Source: an uncultured Planctomycetota bacterium
GTDB lineage: Bacteria; Planctomycetota; PLA2; JAEUHO01
Assembly (NCBI GenBank): GCA_963752285.1
Contig: CAVVXN010000001.1
Location: forward strand, 608,001 to 672,000
Direction of reading: 5' to 3'
Length of the DNA stretch: 64,000 nt
Every line of letters begins with the position of its first letter. Position 1 is the first letter of the stretch. Below, in pieces: positions 1 through 9,740 of this stretch. The notes below the pieces were generated by a model that saw only the letters and a list, made by a program, of their open reading frames with translations, did not search any database and was not told the DNA's origin. Both the position numbers and the translations under genes were made by a program.

Positions 1-212
1 GCGCTCCCCTTGACGGCGAGCACGACGAGGTCGCCGAAGCGCGCGGTCTCCGCCGGCGAGCCGGTTCGCGCCTTCGGGCCCGCCGACGCGAGCCACGACG
101 CGAGCTTTTCGGGATCGCGAGAGCCCCGCATGACCTCGTCCCCGTGCCCGAGGAACCCGTTCGCGAGCGTCTCGCCGACGCCGCCCGACCCGATCACGCC
201 GACCTTCGCCAT
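1..212 (-). CDS. NADPH-dependent F420 reductase / NADP oxidoreductase family protein (5' part; runs off window edge)
   Basis: Manual translation MAKVGVIGSGGVGETLANGFLGHGDEVMRGSRDPEKL...GDLVVLAVKG: Rossmann GxGxxG plus family-typical GSR and VVLAVK; AGGAGG SD upstream. Confidence 0.8.
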   Translation of the reverse strand, partial: MAKVGVIGSGGVGETLANGFLGHGDEVMRGSRDPEKLASWLASAGPKARTGSPAETARFGDLVVLAVKGS

Positions 213-325
213 CGTTATCCCTCCTCGAAGCGCCGTCACCGTTGCCGCCGCCTCGACCGGAAGATGCCCGACGCCCCAGGGTCCGCACCGTGCGTTCCCG
301 ACCCGCGTCCGACCGCCGGCCTCCT

Positions 326-1294
326 TCAGGGCCGAAGCTCGGCGAGGAGCTGGCGCCAGGCCGCGGCCTCGCGCGCCGGGTCCACCAGCGGGCGGAGGCG
401 CCGCGTGGCGTCGCAGAGCCGTGCGAGGAACGTCGCGTCGGTCTCCGCGCGATCGAGGAGGCGGGCCAGGGCGTCGGTGTCCCCCGGCGGGAAGAGGCCG
501 GGGTGGTCGGGGCCGAGGAGACCGGTCGAACCCGGGATGTCGGACGCGAGGATCGGCTTCCCGCACGCGATCGCCTCGCAGATCGCGTTCGACCCGCCCT
601 CGACCCGAGAGGTCGAGACGAGCAGCCTCGATCCCGCGAGGACACGAATCGCCTCGCGCCGCGAGAGCTCGCCGAGCCACGTGTAGCGGGGGTTCTCGGC
701 CTCCTCCTGCCGCGCGCGCGCCGCCATGCCGGCGTCGAGCGCCGCGCCGGCGTGCAGCACGTGGACGCGCGAGGAGCGCGGGAGCCGACGCGCGGCCTCG
801 GCGGCACGGAACGGGTCCTTGACCTCCCGCGCGTGCGCCGACACGAACACGTCGAATCGTTCTTCCGGGAGCCTGGCGCGCGGGGGCGACCCGTTCCCGG
901 CCGCGCACGTCGCGCCCTGCACGATGACCCGCGCCTTCGCGCGCACGTCGCTCGGCAACGCGGCGACGCCCGCGGGCTGGAGCACGACCAGGCGCGTCGC
1001 CTCGGCGAGCGACCGGCGCGCGGCGTCGGACGTCTCGAGGTCGCGGTACAGGTCCGTGCCCGTGAGGCCCACGACGACGGGACCCTCCGGAGACGCCGCG
1101 CGGAATCGTGCGACCGAAGGCGCGCTCTTGCGCGCGTGCAACGCGATGAGCAGGTCGCAAGCCTCGCCGTCCCACGCGTCCCGGACGGCCACGCGCCAGC
1201 CTTCGCGGCGCAGGATCGCGGCCCAGCGGAGCGCCGTCACGCGATTCCCCTGGCGGGAACCGCGCCCCGCGGGCGTGACGACGATCGCCCTCAC
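326..1294 (-). CDS. senB: Selenosugar synthase SenB (TIGR04348-like glycosyltransferase)
   Basis: IVVTP...GNRVTALRW, LIALHARKS, LTGTDLY, KDPF, EGGSNAICEA motifs; GTG start overlaps senA TGA (GTGA). Confidence 0.88.
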   Translation of the reverse strand: MRAIVVTPAGRGSRQGNRVTALRWAAILRREGWRVAVRDAWDGEACDLLIALHARKSAPSVARFRAASPEGPVVVGLTGTDLYRDLETSDAARRSLAEATRLVVLQPAGVAALPSDVRAKARVIVQGATCAAGNGSPPRARLPEERFDVFVSAHAREVKDPFRAAEAARRLPRSSRVHVLHAGAALDAGMAARARQEEAENPRYTWLGELSRREAIRVLAGSRLLVSTSRVEGGSNAICEAIACGKPILASDIPGSTGLLGPDHPGLFPPGDTDALARLLDRAETDATFLARLCDATRRLRPLVDPAREAAAWRQLLAELRP

Positions 1295-2571
1295 GCCTCG
1301 ACCGCGCACGTCCGGAGGCCGGCCAGCACGTCGCGCCGCTCCGGACGGTAGAAGTTCCGCCACGTGTTGCGAAGCAGCCGGCCGCGCGAAGCGAAGCACC
1401 CGCCGCGAAGGACCCGGTGGTCGTGGAACCACGGCTGTGAGTACTCCCGGTACGGGTCCACGACGAACCCGGGGTAGGGCGCGAAGCGGCTCGACGTCCA
1501 CTCCCAGACGTTCCCGATCATCTGGCGACACCCGAACGCGCTGTCGCCGTCGGGGAGCGCGCCGACGTCCAGGCACCCGGCGCACGCGCCGTCGAGGTTC
1601 GCGCGCGCGCGCGTCGGCGCCTCGTCGCCCCACGGGAAACGGCGCTTCTCGGTCGAGAGGCGCCCGTGCGCGTCGGGCACGCCCGCCGCCGCGACCTCCC
1701 ACTCGGTCTCGGTGGGGAGGCGGCGCCCCGCCCAGCGGCAGAACGCCTCCGCCTCGTACCACGAGACGTGCAGCACGGGTCGGTGCGGCTCGAGCGGGAT
1801 CCACCCGTCGAACGCCCGTCGCTCGTAGCCTTGGGCCGCGCGGCGCCACGCCACCGGCATCTCGGCGCCGAGGGCGCGGCGCCAGGCCGCGCCCTCGGCG
1901 CTCCAGAGCTCGTCGCGGGCGTATCCGCCGTCGTCCACGAAGGCCGCCCACTCCGCCTGGGTCACGGGCGCCTTCGCGATCCGAAACGGCCGCACCTCGA
2001 CCTCGTGCGCCCACTTCTCGTTGTCGAACACGAAGTCCGTGGACCGCGCGGCGCCCAGCCGGAACCGTCCTCCCGGGACCTCGGCGTCCCCCGGATGCGG
2101 CCCCCCGCCCGACGGGGCGGCCGCGGCCGGCGGCGGCGCGGGGTAGGAGAGCGTCTGGCGCGTGTACGTGAACGCCTCGTCGTGCATGTCCTCGTGGAAC
2201 ACCGCGAGGCGCACGTAGTAGTCGTCCTCGTCCTCGCGCGGGCCCTCGAGCCGGTCGAGCACCGCGCCCTGGACGGCCGCGAGGTACGCGAGGGTCTCGC
2301 GACGCGAGGGGAGGGGGAGGTCCCACCGGACGTCGTGCGCCACCCGGGCGGAGTCGTAGAGCCGGTCCGCATCCGGGAGGATCGACGGCGCGCCCCCGCG
2401 GCGGAGGACCCATCGCTCCTGGAACCACGCGAGGTGGCCGAGCTCCCAGCGGAGCGGGTTCACGATCGCGAGGCGCGGTCCGAGGAGCTGGTCGTCGGAA
2501 AGGTCCTGGACGAGCGCGAGGCTGTGCGCCCGCGCGTCCTCGACCCAGCCCCGGAGCCCCTCGTCCTTCAT
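1291..2571 (-). CDS. senA: Selenoneine synthase SenA (EgtB-like DinB + FGE-sulfatase domains)
   Basis: NPLRWELGHLAWFQE, FHEDMHDE iron ligands, FVFDNEKWAH, RLPTETEWE, GNVWEW, DPYREYSQPWF; coupled to senB. Confidence 0.88.
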   Translation of the reverse strand: MKDEGLRGWVEDARAHSLALVQDLSDDQLLGPRLAIVNPLRWELGHLAWFQERWVLRRGGAPSILPDADRLYDSARVAHDVRWDLPLPSRRETLAYLAAVQGAVLDRLEGPREDEDDYYVRLAVFHEDMHDEAFTYTRQTLSYPAPPPAAAAPSGGGPHPGDAEVPGGRFRLGAARSTDFVFDNEKWAHEVEVRPFRIAKAPVTQAEWAAFVDDGGYARDELWSAEGAAWRRALGAEMPVAWRRAAQGYERRAFDGWIPLEPHRPVLHVSWYEAEAFCRWAGRRLPTETEWEVAAAGVPDAHGRLSTEKRRFPWGDEAPTRARANLDGACAGCLDVGALPDGDSAFGCRQMIGNVWEWTSSRFAPYPGFVVDPYREYSQPWFHDHRVLRGGCFASRGRLLRNTWRNFYRPERRDVLAGLRTCAVEA

Positions 2572-2608
2572 CGCCGGATGGTAGCGCGTCGCGCCCGGCC
2601 CCGTCGGG

Positions 2609-3883
2609 CTACTCGACGCGGCGCACGGTCGGCATCGCGAGGTAGAGGATCGGCATCGCGCCGTCGTCCGTCACGAAGAAGGGCACGTAGTCCTCGCTCG
2701 TGCCGAGCCAGGTCGCCGTCGCGTCCACCGGGACCCACCCCCGGTCGCCCAGGCGGACCTCCGTCCACACGTGACCCTGGCCGATCGGCGGGACCCAGCC
2801 CGCGACCTCGCGCGCGGGGACCCCCGCGGCGCGCGCCAGCGTGACGAGGACGTCGCTCTTGTCCCAGCACCGGCCGAACCCCTGGTCGAGGACCGCGAGG
2901 ACGCCGTGCCGGCTTCCGAGCGGGCCGTCGTACCGGATCGACTGCGACACGTGACGAAGCAGCCCGAGGACGAGCGACTCGTCGTCCTTCGCGGTCGTCT
3001 TCGCGCGCGTTCCCGCGACCACGGCCCGGACGGCGTCCGCGTCCACGGGCCAACGCGGGGTCGGTGCGAGGAGCGCCTTCGCGTCGGCGGGGAGGCCGGG
3101 GCGGGACGGTTCGAAGCGCGCCCGGACCGTGATCCGCGCCTCCGCGTCCACGTAGGGGATGCCGAGCTCGGTCGGCGGGTCCTCGAAGGTCACGACCTCC
3201 TGGTCGCCGACGCGCTTCCTCGACGTGGGCTCGGGCTCGAAAGACCACGACGCCGTGATCCAGCCCGGATCCGACGCGGCGAGGCAAAGCGTCCGCCCGA
3301 ACGTCCAGCCCTTGACCGTCTCCTGGATCCGGCGGTCGATCTCCGCGGCGCGCGAGGGGTCCTTCTCGCGCTCGAGGAACGCGACGAACACGTCGTTCGC
3401 GTGGTCGTCGTCGCCCTCGTCCACGAGGCCGATGCGCGCTTTCACCTCGTACGTCGCCTCCGCGCCTTCGCGGAGGCCGAGCGCCGCGAGCACCGTGCGG
3501 GCCAGGAGCACGTTCGTTCCGACGACTTCGATCACCTCCCGACCCTGCCGCGCGGCGAAGTCCGCGCCGCGGAGGCGCACGAGCGCGGCCTCGACGGCCT
3601 TCGCCGCGTCCTCGTCGGGGGCGAGGAGCCAGTTCACCTGCGCGGCGAAGCCGTTGATCGAGACCGCGGTGTTCCGGATGCGCGAGAGCTCCACGCCGAG
3701 GCGCTCCGCGATTCCGCGGACCTCGGCGGCCTCGAGCTCGCCGGGCTGCGTGACGCGCCAGCCCGCGGGCAGCGACGCCTTCGTCGGGTCGATCGAGCCT
3801 CCCGAGGCGGGCAGCGCGAGGGCCACGACGACGAGGACCGCCCCGAGGGGGGCGAGCCGGCTACGGGTACGGGACCGGGTCAC
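2609..3883 (-). CDS. Secreted transglutaminase-like domain protein
   Basis: Signal peptide; GRCWDKS...ARAAGVPAR...GHVWTEV...WVPVDAT (Cys-His-Asp triad). Confidence 0.8.
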   Translation of the reverse strand: MTRSRTRSRLAPLGAVLVVVALALPASGGSIDPTKASLPAGWRVTQPGELEAAEVRGIAERLGVELSRIRNTAVSINGFAAQVNWLLAPDEDAAKAVEAALVRLRGADFAARQGREVIEVVGTNVLLARTVLAALGLREGAEATYEVKARIGLVDEGDDDHANDVFVAFLEREKDPSRAAEIDRRIQETVKGWTFGRTLCLAASDPGWITASWSFEPEPTSRKRVGDQEVVTFEDPPTELGIPYVDAEARITVRARFEPSRPGLPADAKALLAPTPRWPVDADAVRAVVAGTRAKTTAKDDESLVLGLLRHVSQSIRYDGPLGSRHGVLAVLDQGFGRCWDKSDVLVTLARAAGVPAREVAGWVPPIGQGHVWTEVRLGDRGWVPVDATATWLGTSEDYVPFFVTDDGAMPILYLAMPTVRRVE

Positions 3884-3913
3884 GCGTGGCTCCGACGCTT
3901 CCCCGGTCGGAGA

Positions 3914-4339
3914 CTACACCGGGGCCGGGTCCGATCCCGGGGCGGGGCGCCCCGTCTCCTCGAGGACCCAGACGTTGCCGTCCGGGTCCGCGAGCCGGAT
4001 CCACCGGGTGCCCCAGTGGGTCGGCTCGAGCGGCGTGAGGACGGTCGGCGCGGCCGCGCCGACGGCGCGCGCCGCGGCGTCGGCGTCGGGCACGTGCAGG
4101 TGGACGGTGGGGCCGGCGGGGGTCGCCCCCGCCGCAGCCTCCGCCAGGACGATCCGAGCGCCCCCGGAGCGAAGGCTCGCCGCGCGGTGGCCGTCCTCGC
4201 CCCACTCGGCCTCGACCGTGAAGCCGAGGCCCGCCCAGAAGCGCCGCGCGTCGTCGTACCGGGTGCTCTCCACGTAGGCGTGGTCCAGGGCGTCCACCGT
4301 TCGGGCCGGTCCGACCGCCGCGTGTCCCTCCATGGCCAT
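3914..4339 (-). CDS. VOC/glyoxalase family protein
   Basis: ARRFWAGLGF...PTHWGTRWIRLADPDGN; GGAGG SD before ATG at 4339. Confidence 0.8.
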   Translation of the reverse strand: MAMEGHAAVGPARTVDALDHAYVESTRYDDARRFWAGLGFTVEAEWGEDGHRAASLRSGGARIVLAEAAAGATPAGPTVHLHVPDADAAARAVGAAAPTVLTPLEPTHWGTRWIRLADPDGNVWVLEETGRPAPGSDPAPV

Positions 4340-4380
4340 GTCTTCCTCCTCGCCGGGATCCCGGCCGCCCCGCGCCTGGA

Positions 4381-4400
4381 CTGTATCTAGGAATGACACA
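4381..4400. promoter_or_regulatory. Candidate GntR(YtrA)-type operator in divergent promoter
   Basis: AT-rich imperfect palindrome TGTATCTAGGAATGACACA between divergent VOC and GntR genes. Confidence 0.45.
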
Positions 4401-4408
4401 CAAAGACC

Positions 4409-4831
4409 ATGGCCGAACGAGCCCCGCTCCTCGCCGTCCGGATGGACGCGCCCGAGTCGCTGGGAGACCAGATCGTCCAGGGCCTCCGCGGCGCGCTGGC
4501 CCGGGGGGCGCTCCGCGCGGGCGACGAGCTCCCCCCGGTCCGCCAGCTCGCCGCGGACCTCGGCCTCAAATTGAACACGGTCGCCAGGGCGCATCGACAA
4601 CTCGAGGCCCAGGGCCTCGTCCGCGTCCAACGCGGGCGCGTGACCCGCGTCCTCGCGCGCGAGGAACGGCGGGCGGAGAGCGATCGCGCCCGGCGGGACC
4701 GCGTCACGGCGACGCTCGGCGCCGCGCTCGTGGACGCCCGGCTCGCCGGGCTCGACCGCCGCGCGGTCGAGGGCCTGGTCGGCGCCGAGATCGACCGGTT
4801 GTGGCCCGTTCCCGATGGCGTCGGACGATGA
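4409..4831 (+). CDS. GntR family transcriptional regulator (YtrA-like)
   Basis: GDELPPVRQLAADLGLKLNTVARAHRQLEAQG wHTH; short C-terminal domain. Confidence 0.88.
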   Translation: MAERAPLLAVRMDAPESLGDQIVQGLRGALARGALRAGDELPPVRQLAADLGLKLNTVARAHRQLEAQGLVRVQRGRVTRVLAREERRAESDRARRDRVTATLGAALVDARLAGLDRRAVEGLVGAEIDRLWPVPDGVGR

Positions 4832-5246
4832 ACACGGTTCGCGTCGTCTTCAACGCCTCGATGATCGTGGCTCCGATCGCGATCGTGCTCGCGATCCGGC
4901 CGCGGTCCTCGCCGCCGGCGTCCCTCCCCTCGTGCTCACGCCTTGGGCGATGCGCTGGGCCGGCCTCGAGGCGGAGCCCCGCCGCCCCGAGGCCTCGCCC
5001 GAGGTCGGGGCCGCGTACGAGCGGCTCCGCCGACTCCGGCGACTCGGCCTCTACGGGCTCGCGGTCGCGATGTCCGTCGCCCTGGGCGCGCTCGCCGTGG
5101 CGATCGTGTGGCTGCGAGACGGGGAGGCGATCGGGATCGCGGGCGGCGTGAGCGGTACGGTCATCGGGCTAATCGGCGCCACGCTCGGCGTTCGCGCGGC
5201 GAACCTACGCCTGCGGATCCACCGACTCCTCGACTCCGAGGGCTGA
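4815..5246 (+). CDS. Hypothetical membrane protein (2 TM)
   Basis: ORF overlapping gntR end; two hydrophobic helices; start uncertain. Confidence 0.55.
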   Translation: MASDDEHGSRRLQRLDDRGSDRDRARDPAAVLAAGVPPLVLTPWAMRWAGLEAEPRRPEASPEVGAAYERLRRLRRLGLYGLAVAMSVALGALAVAIVWLRDGEAIGIAGGVSGTVIGLIGATLGVRAANLRLRIHRLLDSEG

Positions 5247-5259
5247 GCACCCGAAGAGA

Positions 5260-5287
5260 GGGGGGGAGGCCCTGCGGCCTCCCCCCC
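5260..5287. terminator. GC hairpin between convergent genes
   Basis: GGGGGGGAGGCC-CTGC-GGCCTCCCCCCC perfect stem. Confidence 0.65.
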
Positions 5288-5312
5288 GGGGGAACTAGCG
5301 CATCGCGTTGGG

Positions 5313-6677
5313 CTAGAACCAGATCTGGAACATCACGCCGAACTCGTTCATGTGCTCGTCGATCCCGAGGCGATCGACCTTCGACACGACGTAGTTGAAC
5401 GCGATCTTCGTGTTCTTGTTGAGGTACCAGTTGAGGCCGACGGTGATGTCCTTCACCTCGCCGCCGAAGAGCCCCTCGTCGGTCAGGTCCAGGGTCGAGT
5501 AGCGGGCGGCGACCTCGAAGGCGCCCCAGCCGCAGCAGTCCTCGAGGAAGTACTTGCAGGGCTTCACGGCCCCGAAGGTGGCCGAGCCCTTCGAGAACGG
5601 ACGGTTGGGCCCGTTCAGCATGTAGCTCGCCTCGACGTACCAGCCGCTGAGCGTCGGGTCGTTCACGGCCGCGGACGTGACGAACGCGCCGATCCACTCG
5701 CCCTGCAGGTGGAAGCGGTCGTAGCCGAAGGCCATCTCGCCGCCGAGCAGGATGACGTGGTCCGCCGAGAACTTGCCCGTGTCGGCGATCTTCGAGCCGA
5801 TGTGGGCCTCGGGGTGCGCGCCGTACTGGAGCTGCTGGTAGTCGCTCTGGTAGCTGGCGCTCACGCCGACCTCGAGGAATCGCGCGTCGCAGCTGCAGGG
5901 AGCCCAGGGGAGCACGGTGACGCGGCCCGTGACGTCGTAGCCGCCGTCGGTGCCGTCCCCGTACCAGAAGCCGTCGCCGCTCGCCGCCGCGGTGTGGCCG
6001 TAGAAGCCCGCCGCCGCGGTGACGCGGTCGCCGTAGAAGCTCTTGTTCAGGTAGAAGCCCGTGTGGCGCTCGGGCTGGAAGCAGTCCACGGGCAGCGCGC
6101 GCTCGATGAACGTCGTGTTGAGGTCCGACGTCAGGCTCTCGAGGCTGAACTGCTCGTAGCAGTGGCCGATCGTGATCGTGGGGAACATGCAGCCCCAGCA
6201 CTTGTCGAGATCGACGAACTGGAGGTACACGTCCTTGAACACGACCTTGGCGCCCGCGAAGTCGAGCTGCGTGCAGAACGCGGTGTGCTCCCAGAGCGTC
6301 CCCTTGACCTTGAGCCGCACGCGGCGGAACTCGTAGCCGCTGTGCCACACGCCGTCCCACGGCTCGCGCGCCATGGTGCCGGGGTCGTCGAGGGCGTTGA
6401 TCGCGCTCTGGATGTCGTCGTCGTTGAAGTACCAGGATGTCAGCTGCGTGCGGCCGCCGATGGCCAGCTTGAACTTCTTGTCCGGCGTCTCGAAGTTGAG
6501 GCCGTCCTTCCAGAAGACCCGGAAGTCGGTCTTCTGGTCCTTCATGTAGGCCTGGATCTCGTCGCGGATCATCTTCCGCTGGGGATCCATGGGGGCATCG
6601 TCGGCCAGCGCCGGCGCGGCGAACGCCGCGGCGACGGCGACCAGGCCGCCGATCGTGAGAACGAGCTTGCGTCGCAT
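5313..6677 (-). CDS. OprO/OprP-family (phosphate-selective) porin, copy 1
   Basis: Signal peptide; FRRVRL, FIERA, GWYVEASYML, ARYSTLDL, TVGLNWYLN; C-terminal Phe. Confidence 0.88.
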   Translation of the reverse strand: MRRKLVLTIGGLVAVAAAFAAPALADDAPMDPQRKMIRDEIQAYMKDQKTDFRVFWKDGLNFETPDKKFKLAIGGRTQLTSWYFNDDDIQSAINALDDPGTMAREPWDGVWHSGYEFRRVRLKVKGTLWEHTAFCTQLDFAGAKVVFKDVYLQFVDLDKCWGCMFPTITIGHCYEQFSLESLTSDLNTTFIERALPVDCFQPERHTGFYLNKSFYGDRVTAAAGFYGHTAAASGDGFWYGDGTDGGYDVTGRVTVLPWAPCSCDARFLEVGVSASYQSDYQQLQYGAHPEAHIGSKIADTGKFSADHVILLGGEMAFGYDRFHLQGEWIGAFVTSAAVNDPTLSGWYVEASYMLNGPNRPFSKGSATFGAVKPCKYFLEDCCGWGAFEVAARYSTLDLTDEGLFGGEVKDITVGLNWYLNKNTKIAFNYVVSKVDRLGIDEHMNEFGVMFQIWF

Positions 6678-6928
6678 GGGGTCCTACCTCCTCCTCTGCA
6701 GGTGTCCGCGGACCATAGGCACCGTGGATAAAGGGCGTGTGAAACGATCGAGGGGCGTTCGCGGTGGTTCCGTCATCCGGTCGTCATGACCGGGCTACGC
6801 CTCGGTAACGGGTGGCCGCCGACGTCCGGTCCGGCAAGCTCCGGGGGACGGGCACGTACGCACCCGTCCGTCGCGCTTGCGCGCACGGCCGGGACGGTGT
6901 CGTGGATCCCCGTTCTGTCACGGTCGCC

Positions 6929-8290
6929 TCAGAACCAGAGCTGGAAGCGGAAGCCGAGTCCGCTCATGTCCTCGTCGATGCCGAGGCGGTCCACCTGGGT
7001 GAACACGTAGTCGATCGAGATGCGGGTGTTCACGTCGAGGTACCAGTTGAGCCCCACCGTCACGTTGTCCACCTCGCCGCCCGCCAGGCCCTGGTCGGTG
7101 AGGTCGAGGGTCGCGTATCGCGCGGCCACCTCGAAGGCGCCCAGGCCCGAGCAGTCCTGCAAGAAGGACCGGCAGGGCCTCACGGCCGAGAAGCTCGCGC
7201 TCGACCGCTTGAAGGGGCGGTTCGGGCCGTTCAGCATGTAGCTCGCCTCGGCGTACCAGCCGCTCACCGTGGGATCGCCGGTGGCCCCGGACGAGACGAA
7301 CGCGCCGATCCACTCCGCCTGGGCGTGCCACCGGTCGTAGCCGAAGGCCATCTCGCCGCCCACCAGCACGACCGACTCGGCCGGAAAGGTCCCCGTGTCC
7401 ACGATCCGGGAGCCCAGGTGGGTGGCCGGTCGGGCCCGGTACCGCAGCGTCCCGAACCCGTCCTGGTAGGACGCGCTCGCGCCCACCTCGAGGAACCGGC
7501 TCTCGCAGCCGCACGGGGCCCAGGGCAAGACGGTGACGCGGCCCGTCACGTCGTACCCGCCCTCCGACCCGTGCTCGTACCACGCGCTGTCGCCCGCGTC
7601 GCCCACGCCGTGGCCGAAGAACCCGACGGCCCACGTCAGGCGGTCGCCGTACAGGCTCTTCCTCGCCGAGACCCCCGTGTTCCGGGCGGGCCAGAGCGCC
7701 TCCAACACCGGGGGACGCTCGATGAACGTGAGCACGTTGGCCGAGGTCATGCCCGAGAGGCTGAAGGGCTCCTTCATGTGGCCGATCGTGACGTCGGGGA
7801 ACAGACAGCCGAAGCACGCGTCCAGGTCCACGAGCTCGAGGAACACGTCGTTGAACGCGACCCCCCCGCCCGCGAAGTCGAGCTGGGTCTTGAACGCCGT
7901 GTGCTTCCAGAGCGTCCCCTTGACGTAGAGCCGGACGCGGCGCAGCTCGTACCCGCTGTGCCAGACCCCGTCCCAGGGCTCGCGCGCGGCCGTCGCCGGG
8001 TCGTCCGCGGCGTCGAGGGCGCTCTGGATCGAGTCGTCGTCGAAGTACCAGGTGTCGAGCTGGACCCGACCGCCGATGGCGAGCCGGAAGGTCTTGTCGC
8101 GCGTCTCGAAGTCGAGGCCGTCCTTCCAGAACACGCGGACGTCCGATTTCTGGTCCTTCAGGTACGTCGCGATCTCCTCGCGGATCCGCTTCCGCTGCGG
8201 GTCGATCGGCGCGCTGTCGGCGCGGGCCCTGGCCGGGGTGGCCCCGGCGGCGAGCAGAACGGCGAACACGAAGGCGGACGCACGCCGCAT
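6929..8290 (-). CDS. OprO/OprP-family porin, copy 2 (tandem paralog)
   Basis: Same motifs, colinear with copy 1; ends FQLWF. Confidence 0.88.
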   Translation of the reverse strand: MRRASAFVFAVLLAAGATPARARADSAPIDPQRKRIREEIATYLKDQKSDVRVFWKDGLDFETRDKTFRLAIGGRVQLDTWYFDDDSIQSALDAADDPATAAREPWDGVWHSGYELRRVRLYVKGTLWKHTAFKTQLDFAGGGVAFNDVFLELVDLDACFGCLFPDVTIGHMKEPFSLSGMTSANVLTFIERPPVLEALWPARNTGVSARKSLYGDRLTWAVGFFGHGVGDAGDSAWYEHGSEGGYDVTGRVTVLPWAPCGCESRFLEVGASASYQDGFGTLRYRARPATHLGSRIVDTGTFPAESVVLVGGEMAFGYDRWHAQAEWIGAFVSSGATGDPTVSGWYAEASYMLNGPNRPFKRSSASFSAVRPCRSFLQDCSGLGAFEVAARYATLDLTDQGLAGGEVDNVTVGLNWYLDVNTRISIDYVFTQVDRLGIDEDMSGLGFRFQLWF

Positions 8291-8645
8291 GAATCGTTGC
8301 CTCCCGGGCCTCCCCGCCGCGAAGGAGACGCGTGCTGCGTCACGGCCGGATCACCGCCGCACCGTCCGTGCAGACGACTGCGCGGGGTATCGGTATTTCC
8401 AGCGAGACGACGATCTTCGATCGAGATTCTCCACGGGTCGGCGTGTACGTGGCGCTGGCGGAGGACGACATCGGACGGTGTCGGACGTGTCCCCGTGCGC
8501 GCCACCCGGGCCACGACCGGTGTCTCGGCCGCCCGCGGGACCGGACCGAGGTCCTCGACCCCGACCCCGCGCCGCGTGGCCCGTGGCGCCGTCCCCGACG
8601 CCTCCCGTCCCTCCCTAGAATCCGCGGGTCGTGTCGGGAGCCGCC

Positions 8646-9683
8646 ATGATCCACCAGGCCGCCGAAGCCCAGAAGACGTCCGCCCCGCCGACCCCCGAGA
8701 AGATCCAGGAGATCGGCTGGGGGTTCGGCGCGAGCATGGCCCTCGCGACCGCCCTCGAGATCGACCTCTTCTCGGCCGTCGCGACCGGGGCCCGCTCGGT
8801 CGAGGAGGTCGCGAAGGCGACCCACGCCTCGGAGCGAGGCGCCCGCATGATCGCGGACGCGATGACGGGCCTCGGCCTCCTGTGCCGCGGGGAGGACGGC
8901 TGGCGTCTCGCCCCCGACGCCGACGCGTTCCTCGTTCGCGGCCGGCCGGGCTACCTCGGCGACTTCCTCGTCTTCCACGCCCACGAGATCGCACAGACCT
9001 GGTCGAACCTCACGGCGAGCGTCCGCTCGGGGGAGCCGGTCGTCCGGCTCGACCGCCCCGAGAACGGGGTCCCGTTCTGGCACCGGCTCGTGGACTGCCT
9101 GTTCCCGCTCGGCTACCCGGCCGCGGGGGCGGTCGGACGCGAGCTCGGCCGCCGGCACCCTGAGGGCGAGATCCGGCTGCTCGACGTCGCCGCCGGGTCC
9201 GGCGTCTGGGGCATCGGCGCGGCCCAGGCGGAGCCGCGGATCCGGGTCGTTGCGACCGACCTCCCGGAGACCCTCGAACACACCCGTCGCTGGGTCGAGC
9301 GCACGAAGACGACCGGCCGTGTGTCCTTCCTCCCCGGGGACCTCCGCCAGGTGGACTTCGGCGCGGGCGCCTTCGACGCCGCGGTGCTCGGCCACATCTG
9401 CCACAGCGAGGGCGCCGACGGTACGCGGCACCTCCTCGAAAAGCTCGCGCGCGCCCTCGTGCCCGGCGGGACGCTCGTGATCGTGGACTTCGTCCCCGAC
9501 CCGGACCGCTCCGGACCGGCGATCCCGCTCCTCTTCGCGCTGAACATGTTGCTCCACACGAGCGAAGGGGACACGTTCACGTTCCCCGAGTACGAGGCCT
9601 GGCTCGGGGCCGCGGGCTTCGCCTCCGTGACCCGGATGCCCGCACCCGCCCCCTCGCCGCTGATTCTCGCCACCCGTCGCTGA
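8646..9683 (+). CDS. Class I SAM-dependent O-methyltransferase with dimerisation domain
   Basis: ALEIDLF N-terminal dimerisation region; LLDVAAGSG SAM motif; GGAG SD. Confidence 0.88.
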   Translation: MIHQAAEAQKTSAPPTPEKIQEIGWGFGASMALATALEIDLFSAVATGARSVEEVAKATHASERGARMIADAMTGLGLLCRGEDGWRLAPDADAFLVRGRPGYLGDFLVFHAHEIAQTWSNLTASVRSGEPVVRLDRPENGVPFWHRLVDCLFPLGYPAAGAVGRELGRRHPEGEIRLLDVAAGSGVWGIGAAQAEPRIRVVATDLPETLEHTRRWVERTKTTGRVSFLPGDLRQVDFGAGAFDAAVLGHICHSEGADGTRHLLEKLARALVPGGTLVIVDFVPDPDRSGPAIPLLFALNMLLHTSEGDTFTFPEYEAWLGAAGFASVTRMPAPAPSPLILATRR

Positions 9684-9740
9684 GGCGGGAGCGGGCGCCA
9701 CCGCCGCGCGGCCGGGACCGATCCGCGGTAGCCTCCCGGG

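Noticed and set aside
1291..2571. Plain ergothioneine EgtB
   Set aside because: Coupled to a SenB-type glycosyltransferase and no egtD adjacent; SenA fits better
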